Program-made: the position numbers and the translations under genes | Shown: in pieces, positions 1-9,435 of the stretch | Layout: each line of letters starts with the position of its first letter | Position numbering within the stretch: position 1 is the stretch's first letter | NCBI GenBank assembly: GCA_963822965.1 | Contig: CAWGJT010000002.1 | Coordinates: 1 to 28,771 of the forward strand | Origin: an uncultured delta proteobacterium | GTDB lineage: Bacteria > Myxococcota_A > UBA9160 > UBA4427 | Length of the DNA stretch: 28,771 nt | Direction: 5' to 3' | Notes under the pieces: generated by a model | What the model was told of the DNA's origin: nothing | The model's input: only the letters and a program-made list of their open reading frames with translations | Database searches by the model: none

Positions 1-1340
1 CTGTGGATCGCGTCGCTCACCGGGCTCTGGAATCTGTCGCCGACGGTCGTCTGTCCTGCGCGCACCCGCGCCGGGCGAGGCGGCGCAGGTGGCGCGACGG
101 GTGGCGACCTCCCCGGGCGCGGTGGCGGTCGCCACGGACGCCGGCGCATGGGTGTCGCTGGACGGGCGCTCGTGGCAGCGGCTGTCCGACGGGCTTCCCA
201 ACGATCCCGTCTCGGCCCTGGCGTGGCGCCGGAGAAGCACCGACGGCCGCGGGTGAGCGCGAGCTGTGGCTCGCCGTCGGAAGCGACGTCTGGCGCACAC
301 TCCTGGTACCGGACGGCCCGCGGCTCGTGCTGGCGGACGCACGCCGCGTGTCGGTGGCCGGCGCACCCACCGGCGAGGTGCCGAGCGACGTCGTCCTCGA
401 CCTGCCGGACGCGTCCGTGGCGGTCGTCTACTCGCGCGTCCTCGCCGTACTGCCGCCCGAGGCCGGCTCGTTCACGCTGCTGCGCCCGGTGCTGCCGCCG
501 GGGAGCGTTGCGCGCCGACTGGTGGCGGGGGCCGGGCGCGTGTGGCTCGCGACGGACCAGGGGCTGCTGCAGGCGCCGCACGTCCGGGGTCCGTGGCGGC
601 GCACCGGCGCGCCGGCCGGCAGCGCCTCGATCCATGCCGTGTCGGTCACCCGCGCCGGGGACGGACTGCTCGCGGTCGGTCCGCTGGGGCTCCTCCAGGG
701 GGCACCCGTGCTGCGCGCGGAGACGCGCCGCCCGAACGGCCAGGGGCCGGCCGCGCCCGGACGATCCCGGAAGACCCGGACATCCGGGAGGTGCAGGCGG
801 CCGCGCTCCGCTACCTCGATCTCGGGCCGGAGCGCATGCGATCGATGTGGGACGGGCTCTCGCACCGGGGGTGGATCCCGAGCGTCAGCCTGCGGGTGGC
901 GGGCGCCCAGGATCGGAGCCGGACGCGGGACTGGGACGACTACGTCAGCTCGGGCAACCGCTACCTGCTCACGGACCACGACAAGGACCACAGCCTCGCA
1001 CTCGACGCCTCCCTCGTCATGACCTGGGACCTTCCCGGCCTCGCGTTCGACGACGACGCCATCGAGATCTCGCGCGAGCACCGCCTGGTGGTCGGGCTGC
1101 GTGACAACGTGATCGACGAGATCGACCAGCTCTACTTCGAGAGGCGCGGGCTGCTCGTGAAGCTGCGCGAGGCGGATCCGAGCCAGGACGCGCGTGCCCT
1201 CGAGCTGCGAGCCGCCGAGCTCGCGGCCGGCCTCGACGCCTGGACGGGCGGCTGGTTCAGCCGCAACCGGCCGGATGCCGGCGAGACCCTCCCTTCACCC
1301 CCCGCTCGGGCCGCGCCCGAATCCAGAGGAACGACCTTGA
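1..1340 (+). CDS. Partial hypothetical protein: propeller-like N-terminal region plus helix/beta-hairpin/helix C-terminal domain (TolC-half-like); frameshifted
   Basis: Frame 3 shows propeller-type motifs (LWLAVGSDVWR, VWLATDQGLL, LLAVGPLGLL). Near 770 the coherent protein moves to the 266 frame (EDPDIREVQAAALRY...RDNVIDEIDQLYFERRGLL...LDAWTGGWFSR). The end at TGA 1338-1340 is inferred from a TTGA overlap with the next gene and needs one more indel. Confidence 0.55.
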
Positions 1341-2145
1341 ACCGCTGCTTCCCCTCGCCTCTTCGCTCGCTTTTCGCATTCTTCCGCTCCCTTCCGCCTC
1401 GCTTCTCTCGCGCTCCGTCCGCACTGCCTGTTCGCGCTTCCGCTTGCCGTGGTGGTGCCGGCCTTCTCTCGCCGCGGGCCCGGCCCACGCGTTTCCGCTC
1501 ATCTCCGAGCTCTTCTACGACGGTGTCGGCAGCGACGACGGGCAGTCGTTCGTCGAGCTGTACGGCGACCCGGGCAGCCCGCTCGACGGGCTGGTGCTCG
1601 AAGGCGTCAACGGCTCGGGGGGCGGGGTGACCGTCAGGTCCCGCTCGCGGGCGTGTTCCCCGCCGACGGCCTCTTCGTGCTCGCCGACGTGGACGCCGGC
1701 GGGGGGACCCTCGTGCCGGACCCGGACGCGCTCGCGGACTTCGACTTCCAGAACGGCCCCGACTCGGTGGTGCTGCGCGACGCGAGCCGAGGTGCTGGAC
1801 GCCGTGGGCTACGGGGCTTTCGGCGCGGGGGACGTCTTCGCCGGCGAGGGCAGCCCCGCCGCGGATCCGGCGGCGGGCAGCAGCATCGCCCGCTGGCTCG
1901 CGGACGTGGACAGCGACGACAACGCCCTCGACTTCACGGTGCTGGACGTCCCGACGCCGGGGACCGCGCCCGTGAGCGTGCCCGAGCCCGGGACCGGAAT
2001 GCTGACGGCGACGGCCCTCGCGGCCGGGCTGCTGCTCACCCGTCGCGGCCCGACCGCCGGCCGCCGGCGCGGCGACGGGCCATCTCCCCCGGGGAGATGG
2101 CCCGTGGGAAGCTTCGCCCGTGACACGCTCTCGCGCACGCCGTGA
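1337..2145 (+). CDS. Lamin-tail-domain-like protein with C-terminal PEP-CTERM sorting signal; frameshifted
   Basis: AHA|FPLISELFYDGVGSDDGQSFVELY, then VPLAGVFPADGLFVLAD...FQNGPDSVVLRD (1449 frame), then VLDAVGYG...GSSIAR...DSDDNALDF...PTPG. The tail is VPEPGT plus a hydrophobic stretch and RR. Frameshifts fall near 1445, 1638 and 1785. Putative TTG start at 1337 follows AGAGGA (1325-1330). Confidence 0.7.
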
Positions 2146-2223
2146 CCGGATCCGCGCCGGGCGGGGAGTCTTCCGGGGAAGACTCCGCCCGCCCGAGTCG
2201 GTCCGGCGCGACCGTCCCGCCAG

Positions 2224-3611
2224 CTACGGGTGGAACGCCTCGAGCGCCGTCACGCGGCTCTGCAAGATCCGCGATCGCGTCCGCTACCGGGTCGGTGGTG
2301 TCGTTCCGGCAGCGTCCGGTGATCGAGTCCAGCCACGGGTTCGCCGAATCAAGTGCAGACGGTGCCGTTGTACACCATGAGGTGCGACTCGCTTCCGCCG
2401 GTGCAGTCGCCGTCCGCCTGGCAGTCGGTCTCGATGAAGGTGTCCTGGCCGTCGTCGCTGATCAGCACGTTGGGCTCGCTCGTCGCCACGGGCGGCAGCG
2501 GACCCGACTGCCACTGGAAGGGCGACAGGACCTTGGCTCCCGAGTTCTCGAAGACGCGGTAGATCGGGTTCGTCGTGGGGACGTTCAGGGCGAAGGCAGT
2601 GTCGATCACGTGGATGAGCGAGCCGCTGCTGTAGCCCCACAGGCTCGTGACGTCGAAGTTGCTCTTCAGGGAGGCGTCGGCGTCGACGGTGATGTTGATG
2701 ATTCCCCCGTGCATGTGGAAGGTGGCGGGGCCGCCACCCGTGTTGAAGGGGTGGAGTCCGTCTCGACGGCGACGAGGCTGCCCCCCAGCGGGTTCGCGGT
2801 CGAGTCGACCCGGACGTTGAGCGAGGCTCCGAAGAGGTGGACGGTCGAGTCGTGGCCCACCAGCACGGCGGCGCCGCGCGCTGCTGCGAGGCCCACCGGT
2901 CCGCGAAGCCCGACGCATCCCAGAAGATCTCGCCCCCGTAAACCAGTGATCAGAGCACTGGCCCCAGAAGACGAAGGGGGGATAGAGGGTCGACCTCTCC
3001 GCGCGCGCGCGCATCCGCACCCCGAAGAAGTAGTGCGTGGCCATTCCTGTCGGGACTGCAGAGGTCGTCGGCCCAGGCTCCCTGGATGCCGGGGTCGCCC
3101 CCGCCCGTCGAGATGAGGTTCACGTCCGTCCACGTCGAGTTGCCGATCCCCAACCATCGCACCGCGAGGTCGGGACCCTCGAAGGTGAGATCCGAGAACT
3201 CGAGATCCGGGCATCGCACGATATCCGCCGGAGCGACGTCCGTGGCGCCGATGATCTTGGTGGCCTCGCGGCCGGATCCGCGGACCGAGACGAAGCCCTT
3301 GTCCTGGCAATGCCACTGCTCGTTCCACTCTCCGGGGCCGATCTCCATGTCGACGTGGTCACGGACGGTGCCGGGACGCGCGTACCCCAGATCCACGCCA
3401 ACGCATCGGGAATGTGATTGAAGCAGTTCTCCGGCGTCGTTCCGCCGTTCAGTCGGCAGTCCTTTCGGACCAGGATGGTCTTCTCGTTCGCGTCGGGTAT
3501 CGCGAAGCTGCTCGACGCGTGAACGAGGCAGACCGCGAACGCGACGAACATGCTGATACGACTGTACCTGCCCTTGTCATCTCCTTGCCTGTTGGAGTTC
3601 GGAGATTCCAT
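2224..3611 (-). CDS. Secreted hypothetical protein, Cys-containing, possibly beta-helix-like, with C-terminal coiled-coil tail; several frameshifts
   Basis: Stitched from ORFs 3120-3728, 2950-3396, 2349-3044 and 2666-3328. Signal peptide MFVAFAVCLVHASSSFA; KDC...NCF; VDMEIGPGEW; FVSVRGSGREATKII; DTFIETDC...HLMVYNGTVC. Removing single bases gives DSANPWLDSITGRCRND...ADLQSRVTALEAFHP* (stop 2224-2226). Confidence 0.6.
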
Positions 3612-4305
3612 CTTCCGTGCTGGCGCAGTCCGTCCGCAAGCACAATCCGATTCGATCGACGAACATCTTGCGGTGTCGTGATTCGACCCCTGGCGAATCC
3701 GCCTCGGGTCGTTCGACGCGGGGTGCAAGCGCGCTTGCGATCGAAGGCGTCACTGGACGCTAGTCCATCTTCGACAGGTTCCCGGTTCGATTGTGAATTG
3801 CACGTCGTATCGTCTCGAGACTGTGTCACCTCCGTTTTCGGATGGAACGCTCTCGTGATTCGCTTCGCGACGGAACGCGCCACGTCGGTCCGGGATCGAC
3901 CGGGCGCCCGTCGCGTCGGCGACGCTCGGCGGGTCCGGCCGCGGGCTCCGGGTCTGCGTCGGGGGGACGTGCGGAAGCGGTCCGCCCCGCCGCGGTCCGG
4001 GTCGACCGCTCGCGCGCACGGGGGTCCGTGGCCCATGGGGCCGGTCCCCGGCCGGCGCTGGCTCCGGAGGGACCGGCCTCCCCGAGGGGTGGGCGCGCCG
4101 GGGGTTCAGCCGGTCACGCGAATTCCCGATAGGCGAGACGACGGGGTGCCCGTCCGCGCGCGGACGGCATCCCGCATCCCGGACCCGGCCGGCAGAGGAG
4201 CGGGGAGAGGATTGTCGCGAGGATTGCTTAGACTGGCGCGCGCCGGTGCTCGTCCGGGCCGGCGCGGATCCGGTCTGGCTCGGTCTTGGGGGGACGAGTT
4301 CCGGG

Positions 4306-4862
4306 ATGCTCTCGGGGTTCAACAACAATTTCCGCTACCGCGGGGTGATGTTCCACGTCCAGACCGAGGACAGCGGGATCTCCAATCCCCACGTCATCAC
4401 CCACCTCTTCCACGGCGGCAACATCCTGGCTTCCGAGAAGCTCGACTACTCGGACAAGCTGGGCGCCGCCGATCTCGAGCGGGTGGTGCGCGAGCTGATG
4501 GAGACCCAGCACAAGGCCATGCTCAAGCGCCTCCAGCGCGGCTTGCACGACAACGTGATCCTCGAGCGCCTCGGACCCGAGGTCTTCTCCCAGAACGCAC
4601 CGTCGGATCGCAGCGATACCGACGCGGCGGAGCTCTGCCCCGACGAGAGCGAGACCGACACCTCTGCGCGGCTCGCTCCGCCGGCGCCCGCCACGGCGCC
4701 GCCTGCGCGGCCGGCGGCCCGGGCGGCCAGCCCGCCGCGGGTGCTACGGAACGCCTCGATCGCGCATTCGGAGAAGGCGTCGTGAGCCAGAAGCCCCTCG
4801 ACGAGGTGGTTCTCGAGTATCTCGTGGAGAATGCGCGCAAGCGGAAGCGTCGCGGCTCGTGA
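4306..4862 (+). CDS. Conserved hypothetical protein upstream of ftsE; one frameshift near 4740
   Basis: MLSGFNNNFRYRGVMFHVQTEDSGISNPHVITHLFHGGNIL...LMETQHKAMLKRL, then an acidic/Pro-Ala linker. The C-terminus [32 protein letters not shown] lies in another frame, and its TGA overlaps the ftsE GTG. Confidence 0.7.
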
Positions 4863-5584
4863 GCCGGTGGGAGCGCCCCGCGCCCGGAGTCGGGGGCGAC
4901 GGCGCGGTCCGCACGTACCACGTCTCCAAGTCGTACATCGCGGGCACCTTCGCGCTGCAGGACCTCACCCTCGAGGTGAAGAAGGGCGAGTTCGTCTTCC
5001 TGACCGGCTCGAGCGGTGCCGGCAAGACCACCCTGCTGAAGCTGGTGTTCGCCGCCGAGCGGCCGAACGAGGGACAGATCCTGGTGCTCGGCCGCAACAT
5101 CGCGCGCCTGCGCGAGTCGGCCATTCCGGCCCTGCGCCGCCGCATCGGCGTGGTGTTCCAGGACTTCAAGCTGCTCAACCGGCTCACCATCGAGGAGAAC
5201 GTCGCCATCGCCCTCGAGGTGGTGGGTACGCCGCGCCGGGAGGCGCGCGCCCGGGCCTTCCGCCTGCTGAAGCAGGTGGGGCTGCAGCACCGCCGCTACC
5301 ACCACCCGCTCTCGCTCTCCGGCGGCGAGCAGCAGCGGGTGGCGATCGCCCGGGCGCTCGTCAACGAGCCCGAGATCCTGCTGGCCGACGAGCCCACCGG
5401 CAACCTCGACGCCCAGCTCACCGTCGAGATCATGGATCTGATCGCCAGCGCGGCCACGCGCGGCACGACGGTGATCGTCGCGACCCACGACCTGAGCCTG
5501 ATCGAGCGCTACGGCAAGCGCACCATCCGCCTCGAGGGGGGCCGCATCGTCGAGGACACCCCGGACGTGGGGGCCGCCCTGTGA
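4859..5584 (+). CDS. ftsE: Cell division ABC ATPase FtsE
   Basis: Walker [21 protein letters not shown], signature [27 protein letters not shown]; directly upstream of ftsX. Confidence 0.95.
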   Translation: MSRWERPAPGVGGDGAVRTYHVSKSYIAGTFALQDLTLEVKKGEFVFLTGSSGAGKTTLLKLVFAAERPNEGQILVLGRNIARLRESAIPALRRRIGVVFQDFKLLNRLTIEENVAIALEVVGTPRREARARAFRLLKQVGLQHRRYHHPLSLSGGEQQRVAIARALVNEPEILLADEPTGNLDAQLTVEIMDLIASAATRGTTVIVATHDLSLIERYGKRTIRLEGGRIVEDTPDVGAAL

Positions 5585-6486
5585 GGCGCTTCTTCGCGAT
5601 CGCGCTCACCCTGCTGCGCTCGGGCATCCACGGCCTGCGGTCGAGCCCCGTGACGAGCGCCGTCGCGATCCTGACCATCGCCGTGGCGCTCCTGCTCGGC
5701 GGCGCCTTCGGTCTGCTCGTCGCCAACATGGGCGACGTGCTCGAGCGCTTCGGCGAAGAGCTGCAGGTGGTGGCCTATCTCGACGAGGGCCTGTCGCCGG
5801 AGGCCCAGCGGTCCCTGACGAAGAGCGCGGCCACGGTGGAAGGCGTCGCGACGGCGCGTCTCGTCACCAAGGAAGAGGCGCTCGAGCGCTTCCGCGAGAG
5901 CATGGACGGCGGCGCGCTGCTCGAGGGGCTCGACGAGAATCCGCTGCCGGCCTCGATCGAGGTGAGCCTGGTGCCCGCGCACCGGACCCCGGAAGGAATC
6001 GCCATCGTGGTGGCGGCGCTCTCCGGGCTGCCGGGCATCGCCGAGCTCGCGCACGGCCAGGAATGGGTGGAGGGCTACGCGCGCTTCACGTCGCTGGTGC
6101 GGGCGGGGGCACTGGCCCTGGGGCTCGTGCTGGCCGTGGCGGCCCTGATGATCGTCGCGAACACGATCCGGCTCGCGGTCTACGCCCGGGAGGACGAGCT
6201 CGAGATCCTGTCCCTGGTGGGCGCCAGCCGCACGTTCATCCGCATCCCGTTCCTCATCGAGGGAACCCTGCAGGGCGCCCTGGGCGGCGCAATCGCCCTG
6301 GCTCTGCTCTTCGCGGGATTCGAGGCCGTGCTGCCGCGCATCGAGTACGGCCTCGAGCTGCTGCTCGGCAACACCCAGCCCCACTTCTTCTCCAGTACGG
6401 GATCGGCGTTTCTCGTGGCGGCCGGCAGCGCGCTCGGGCTCCTGGGCTCGATCACGGCCCTGCTCGGCTGGCGGACCGGATCGTGA
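5581..6486 (+). CDS. ftsX: Cell division permease FtsX
   Basis: GTG at 5581 overlaps the ftsE stop. Motifs ENPLPASIEV, NTIRLAVYAREDELEILSLVGASRTFIRIPFLIEG; four hydrophobic segments. Confidence 0.93.
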   Translation: MRRFFAIALTLLRSGIHGLRSSPVTSAVAILTIAVALLLGGAFGLLVANMGDVLERFGEELQVVAYLDEGLSPEAQRSLTKSAATVEGVATARLVTKEEALERFRESMDGGALLEGLDENPLPASIEVSLVPAHRTPEGIAIVVAALSGLPGIAELAHGQEWVEGYARFTSLVRAGALALGLVLAVAALMIVANTIRLAVYAREDELEILSLVGASRTFIRIPFLIEGTLQGALGGAIALALLFAGFEAVLPRIEYGLELLLGNTQPHFFSSTGSAFLVAAGSALGLLGSITALLGWRTGS

Positions 6487-7646
6487 GCCGTCGCTTCGCC
6501 GCGCTGCTGCTGCTGGTCTCGCTGCTCGGGCCGTCGTCTTCCCGCGCCGCGGACGAGCCCGACCTCGACGAGCTGCGCAGCGCCATCCTCGAGGCCCGCG
6601 AGCGGGTGGGAAGCCACGAACGCCAGGAGCGGGCGCTGCTGGTGCAGCTCGAGGAGAGCGACCGGCTGCTCGACGCGCTCACCCGCGAGGTGCGTCGGGT
6701 TCGGGAAGAGGCCCGCGAGGCGCACGAGCGCGCCGAGCTCTTCCTGCGCAAGAGCCGCGAAGCGCGCAAGAGCCTGGACGTCACCCGCCGGGCGATGTCG
6801 CGCCGGGTGGTGGCTCTCTACAAGGCCGGCGAGGTGGGTCCGGTGCGCTTCCTCTTCGCGTCGGACACGGTGCCCGAGATGCTCGAGCGCGCGTCCGCGC
6901 TGCAGACCTTCGTGGCGTACGACGCGCGGCTCGTGGAGCGCTATCGCACGGAGCTCGTGGCCTACGAGGAGCTCGAGAGCCAGGCGACGGTGGCCGCGAA
7001 GATGCGCGACGAGACCGCGTCGAAGCTGGCGGCGCGATCGGACGAGCTGCGCGCGGAGCGCCGCGTGCGACACGACCTGCTGGCGCGGGTGCGCCACGAC
7101 CGAACCCAGGAGCGCGCCCTGCTGGTCGAGCTCGAGAAGGCCGCGCGCGCGCTGGAGGAGACCCTGGCCGCCCTGGGCAGCGCCGCCCGCGCGCCCGACC
7201 AGCCCAGCGCGGGTCACGACTTCGCGGCGCGCCGGGGACATCTGGCCGCGCCGCTCGACGCGCGCATCGCGCTGCCCTTCGGTCGCGTGGTGGACGACGT
7301 CTTCCGCACCGAGACCTTCCGCAAGGGCGTCGAGTTCGAGGCCGCCGGCGGCGAGTCGGTGCGCGCGGTGGCGCCGGGTGCCGTGCGCTTCGCGGGCTGG
7401 TTCCGCGGCTACGGCAAGCTCGTGATCGTCGACCATGGCGACGACTACTTCACCGTGGTCTCGCACCTCGAGGACAGCTTCGTCGAGGTGGGCGACGTGG
7501 TGGAGGAGGGAGACACCCTGGGCTCCGTGGGCGATACGGGTTCGCTCACCGGGCCGAGCCTCTACTTCGAGATCCGTCACGGCAGCGAGCCGCTGGATCC
7601 CGCCGCGTGGCTCGCGCCGCGCGGGCTCGCCGGGGGGACGCCCTGA
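6483..7646 (+). CDS. envC: Murein hydrolase activator EnvC family (signal peptide, coiled coil, M23-like domain)
   Basis: GTG at 6483 overlaps the ftsX stop. Long coiled coil, then GWFRGYGKLVIVDHG...VGDTGSLTGPSLYFEIR; the M23 metal ligands are degenerate (RKGVE, LYF), as expected for EnvC. Confidence 0.88.
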   Translation: MSRRFAALLLLVSLLGPSSSRAADEPDLDELRSAILEARERVGSHERQERALLVQLEESDRLLDALTREVRRVREEAREAHERAELFLRKSREARKSLDVTRRAMSRRVVALYKAGEVGPVRFLFASDTVPEMLERASALQTFVAYDARLVERYRTELVAYEELESQATVAAKMRDETASKLAARSDELRAERRVRHDLLARVRHDRTQERALLVELEKAARALEETLAALGSAARAPDQPSAGHDFAARRGHLAAPLDARIALPFGRVVDDVFRTETFRKGVEFEAAGGESVRAVAPGAVRFAGWFRGYGKLVIVDHGDDYFTVVSHLEDSFVEVGDVVEEGDTLGSVGDTGSLTGPSLYFEIRHGSEPLDPAAWLAPRGLAGGTP

Positions 7647-7653
7647 TCCCCTG

Positions 7654-7849
7654 CTAGTGTCCTGAGTCAGAAGTTCGCCGGCATTCGGCCGCCCGTGCGA
7701 CCCGCCGGCTGCGTTGCGCTCCCGTCGCCGTAGCTCGGCTACGCCTCGGTCGCGCGCCTTGTCGGCGGGCCGCACGCGCGGCCTCGGTGCGATCGAGACC
7801 CGCTGCCATCGAGCATTTCCGACGCCGAACTTCTGACTCAGGCTCCTAG
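7654..7849. mobile_element. MITE-like hairpin element, copy 1 (CTAG-flanked, IS630-like ends)
   Basis: CTAG-TGT-CCTGAGTCAGAAGTTCG ... CGAACTTCTGACTCAGG-CTC-CTAG (17-bp perfect inverted repeat), an inner 19/21 stem and a central CGTAGC-TCG-GCTACG hairpin. Homologous to 10560-10757 in reverse orientation. No transposase inside. Confidence 0.8.
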
Positions 7850-7874
7850 CTCGGTCCGGGGTTCTTCAGCACCC

Positions 7875-7883
7875 TGCTAGACT
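7875..7883 (+). promoter_or_regulatory. Putative extended -10 promoter (TGcTAGACT) for ctpA
   Basis: TGnTAnnnT match about 60 nt upstream of ATG 7943; motif match only. Confidence 0.35.
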
Positions 7884-7942
7884 CGCCGTCTCGTTCAATC
7901 GAGCCCGGCCGCGGAGCGGTCCGGGTCTGGAGTCCAAGGTCC

Positions 7943-9424
7943 ATGTCCCACCCCAGGCCGGGGCCCGCCACGCGCACCCGGCGCCGTCTGCTCGCCTCCT
8001 TCCTCGCCGGCGTGGGCACCACCTTCGCGGTGCTGTCCGTGACCGCGGCGGTGCCCGATTCCTCCGCGACCCGCTACGAGGACCTGAGCCTCTTCACCCA
8101 CGTGCTCTCCCTCGTCCGTTCCAGCTACGTCGAGCCCGTCGACGAGCACGACCTGCTGCGCGGCGCCCTGCGCGGCCTGGTGCAGGAGCTCGATCCCCAC
8201 TCGTCGTTCATGGACATCGACGCCTACACCGAGATGCAGGTGGACACCCGGGGCGAGTTCCACGGCCTCGGCATCGAGATCACGAAGGCCCAGGACGAGG
8301 CCATCGAGGTGGTGTCTCCCATCGAGGGGACGCCGGCGGACCGCGCCGGCATCCGCGCCCGGGACCGCATCGTCTCGATCTGCCCGACCGAGCGTCCGGA
8401 AGGCTGGACCGAGGACTGCCGGCCCACCAAGGACATGTCGCTCTTCGAGGCCGTGTCGCTGATGCGCGGGCGCAAGGGGACCGAGATCACCATCTACGTG
8501 TTCCGGGAGGGCTTCGAGACGCCGCAGCCGTTCAAGATCCTGCGCGACGTCGTCAAGGTGGCCTCGGTGGACGGCCGCCTGCTCGACGGCGGCATCGGCT
8601 ACGTGCGCGTCCGCTCCTTCCAGGAGAACACCGCCAGCGAGCTGCAGGAGGCGCTGGCCGAGATCAGCGTCGAGGCGGGCGACGACTACAACGGCCTCAT
8701 CCTCGATCTGCGCGACAACCCGGGCGGGCTGCTGGACCAGGCGGTGCAGGTGGCCGACGAGTGGCTGGCCGACGGGCTGATCGTCTACACCGAGGGGCGG
8801 GACGACTCCCAGCGCCAGGAGTACCGCGCGCGTCCCGAGCGCGGAAACAACGACTATCCGATGGTGGTGCTCGTGAACGAAGGGAGCGCCAGCGCCTCGG
8901 AGATCGTGGCCGGCGCGCTCCAGGACCACCGGCGCGCGCTGGTCCTCGGCGTCACCACCTTCGGCAAGGGCTCGGTGCAGACGGTCTTCCCGCTGGAGGA
9001 CGGATCCGCGCTGCGCCTCACCACGGCGCTCTACTTCACGCCCGCCGGTCGCTCCATCCAGGAGGTGGGGATCGTGCCGGACATCGTCGTCCACGCCGTG
9101 CCGCCGACGGTGGTGGCGCGGCGGACGCGGATGCGCGAGCGCGACCTGCAGGGACACTTCACCCACGAGCAGGCCGACCCCGACGGCGAGGAGCCGTCCG
9201 CGCCGCCCGAGGACTCCGACGCGGACGACACCGCCGCCACGGAGACCGTGAGTGAGGACGTCCAGCTGGCGCGCGGGATCGAGGTGCTCAAGAGCTGGAC
9301 CTACTTCAACCGCCTGCGCCCGGAGCGAGCCGTGGCGAACGACGCGGCAAGCGCCTCCCGGGCCGACGCTGGCGCGCCCGCGCGCGTCCCCGACGACGCG
9401 TCCCAGGACGCACCCCGCGAGTAG
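7943..9424 (+). CDS. ctpA: Carboxy-terminal processing protease, peptidase S41A
   Basis: LDPHSSFM, GLGIEI PDZ domain, LILDLRDNPGGLL, catalytic SASASEIVAGALQD and GKGSVQ, C-terminal DVQLARG. Confidence 0.93.
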   Translation: MSHPRPGPATRTRRRLLASFLAGVGTTFAVLSVTAAVPDSSATRYEDLSLFTHVLSLVRSSYVEPVDEHDLLRGALRGLVQELDPHSSFMDIDAYTEMQVDTRGEFHGLGIEITKAQDEAIEVVSPIEGTPADRAGIRARDRIVSICPTERPEGWTEDCRPTKDMSLFEAVSLMRGRKGTEITIYVFREGFETPQPFKILRDVVKVASVDGRLLDGGIGYVRVRSFQENTASELQEALAEISVEAGDDYNGLILDLRDNPGGLLDQAVQVADEWLADGLIVYTEGRDDSQRQEYRARPERGNNDYPMVVLVNEGSASASEIVAGALQDHRRALVLGVTTFGKGSVQTVFPLEDGSALRLTTALYFTPAGRSIQEVGIVPDIVVHAVPPTVVARRTRMRERDLQGHFTHEQADPDGEEPSAPPEDSDADDTAATETVSEDVQLARGIEVLKSWTYFNRLRPERAVANDAASASRADAGAPARVPDDASQDAPRE

Positions 9425-9435
9425 GTCCATCCGGC

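Noticed and set aside
3790..3830. CRP-like site (TGTGA) and palindrome GTCTCGAGAC upstream of the secreted protein
   Set aside because: The second CRP half-site is absent at the right spacing, and the 10-bp palindrome is too short to support a call.
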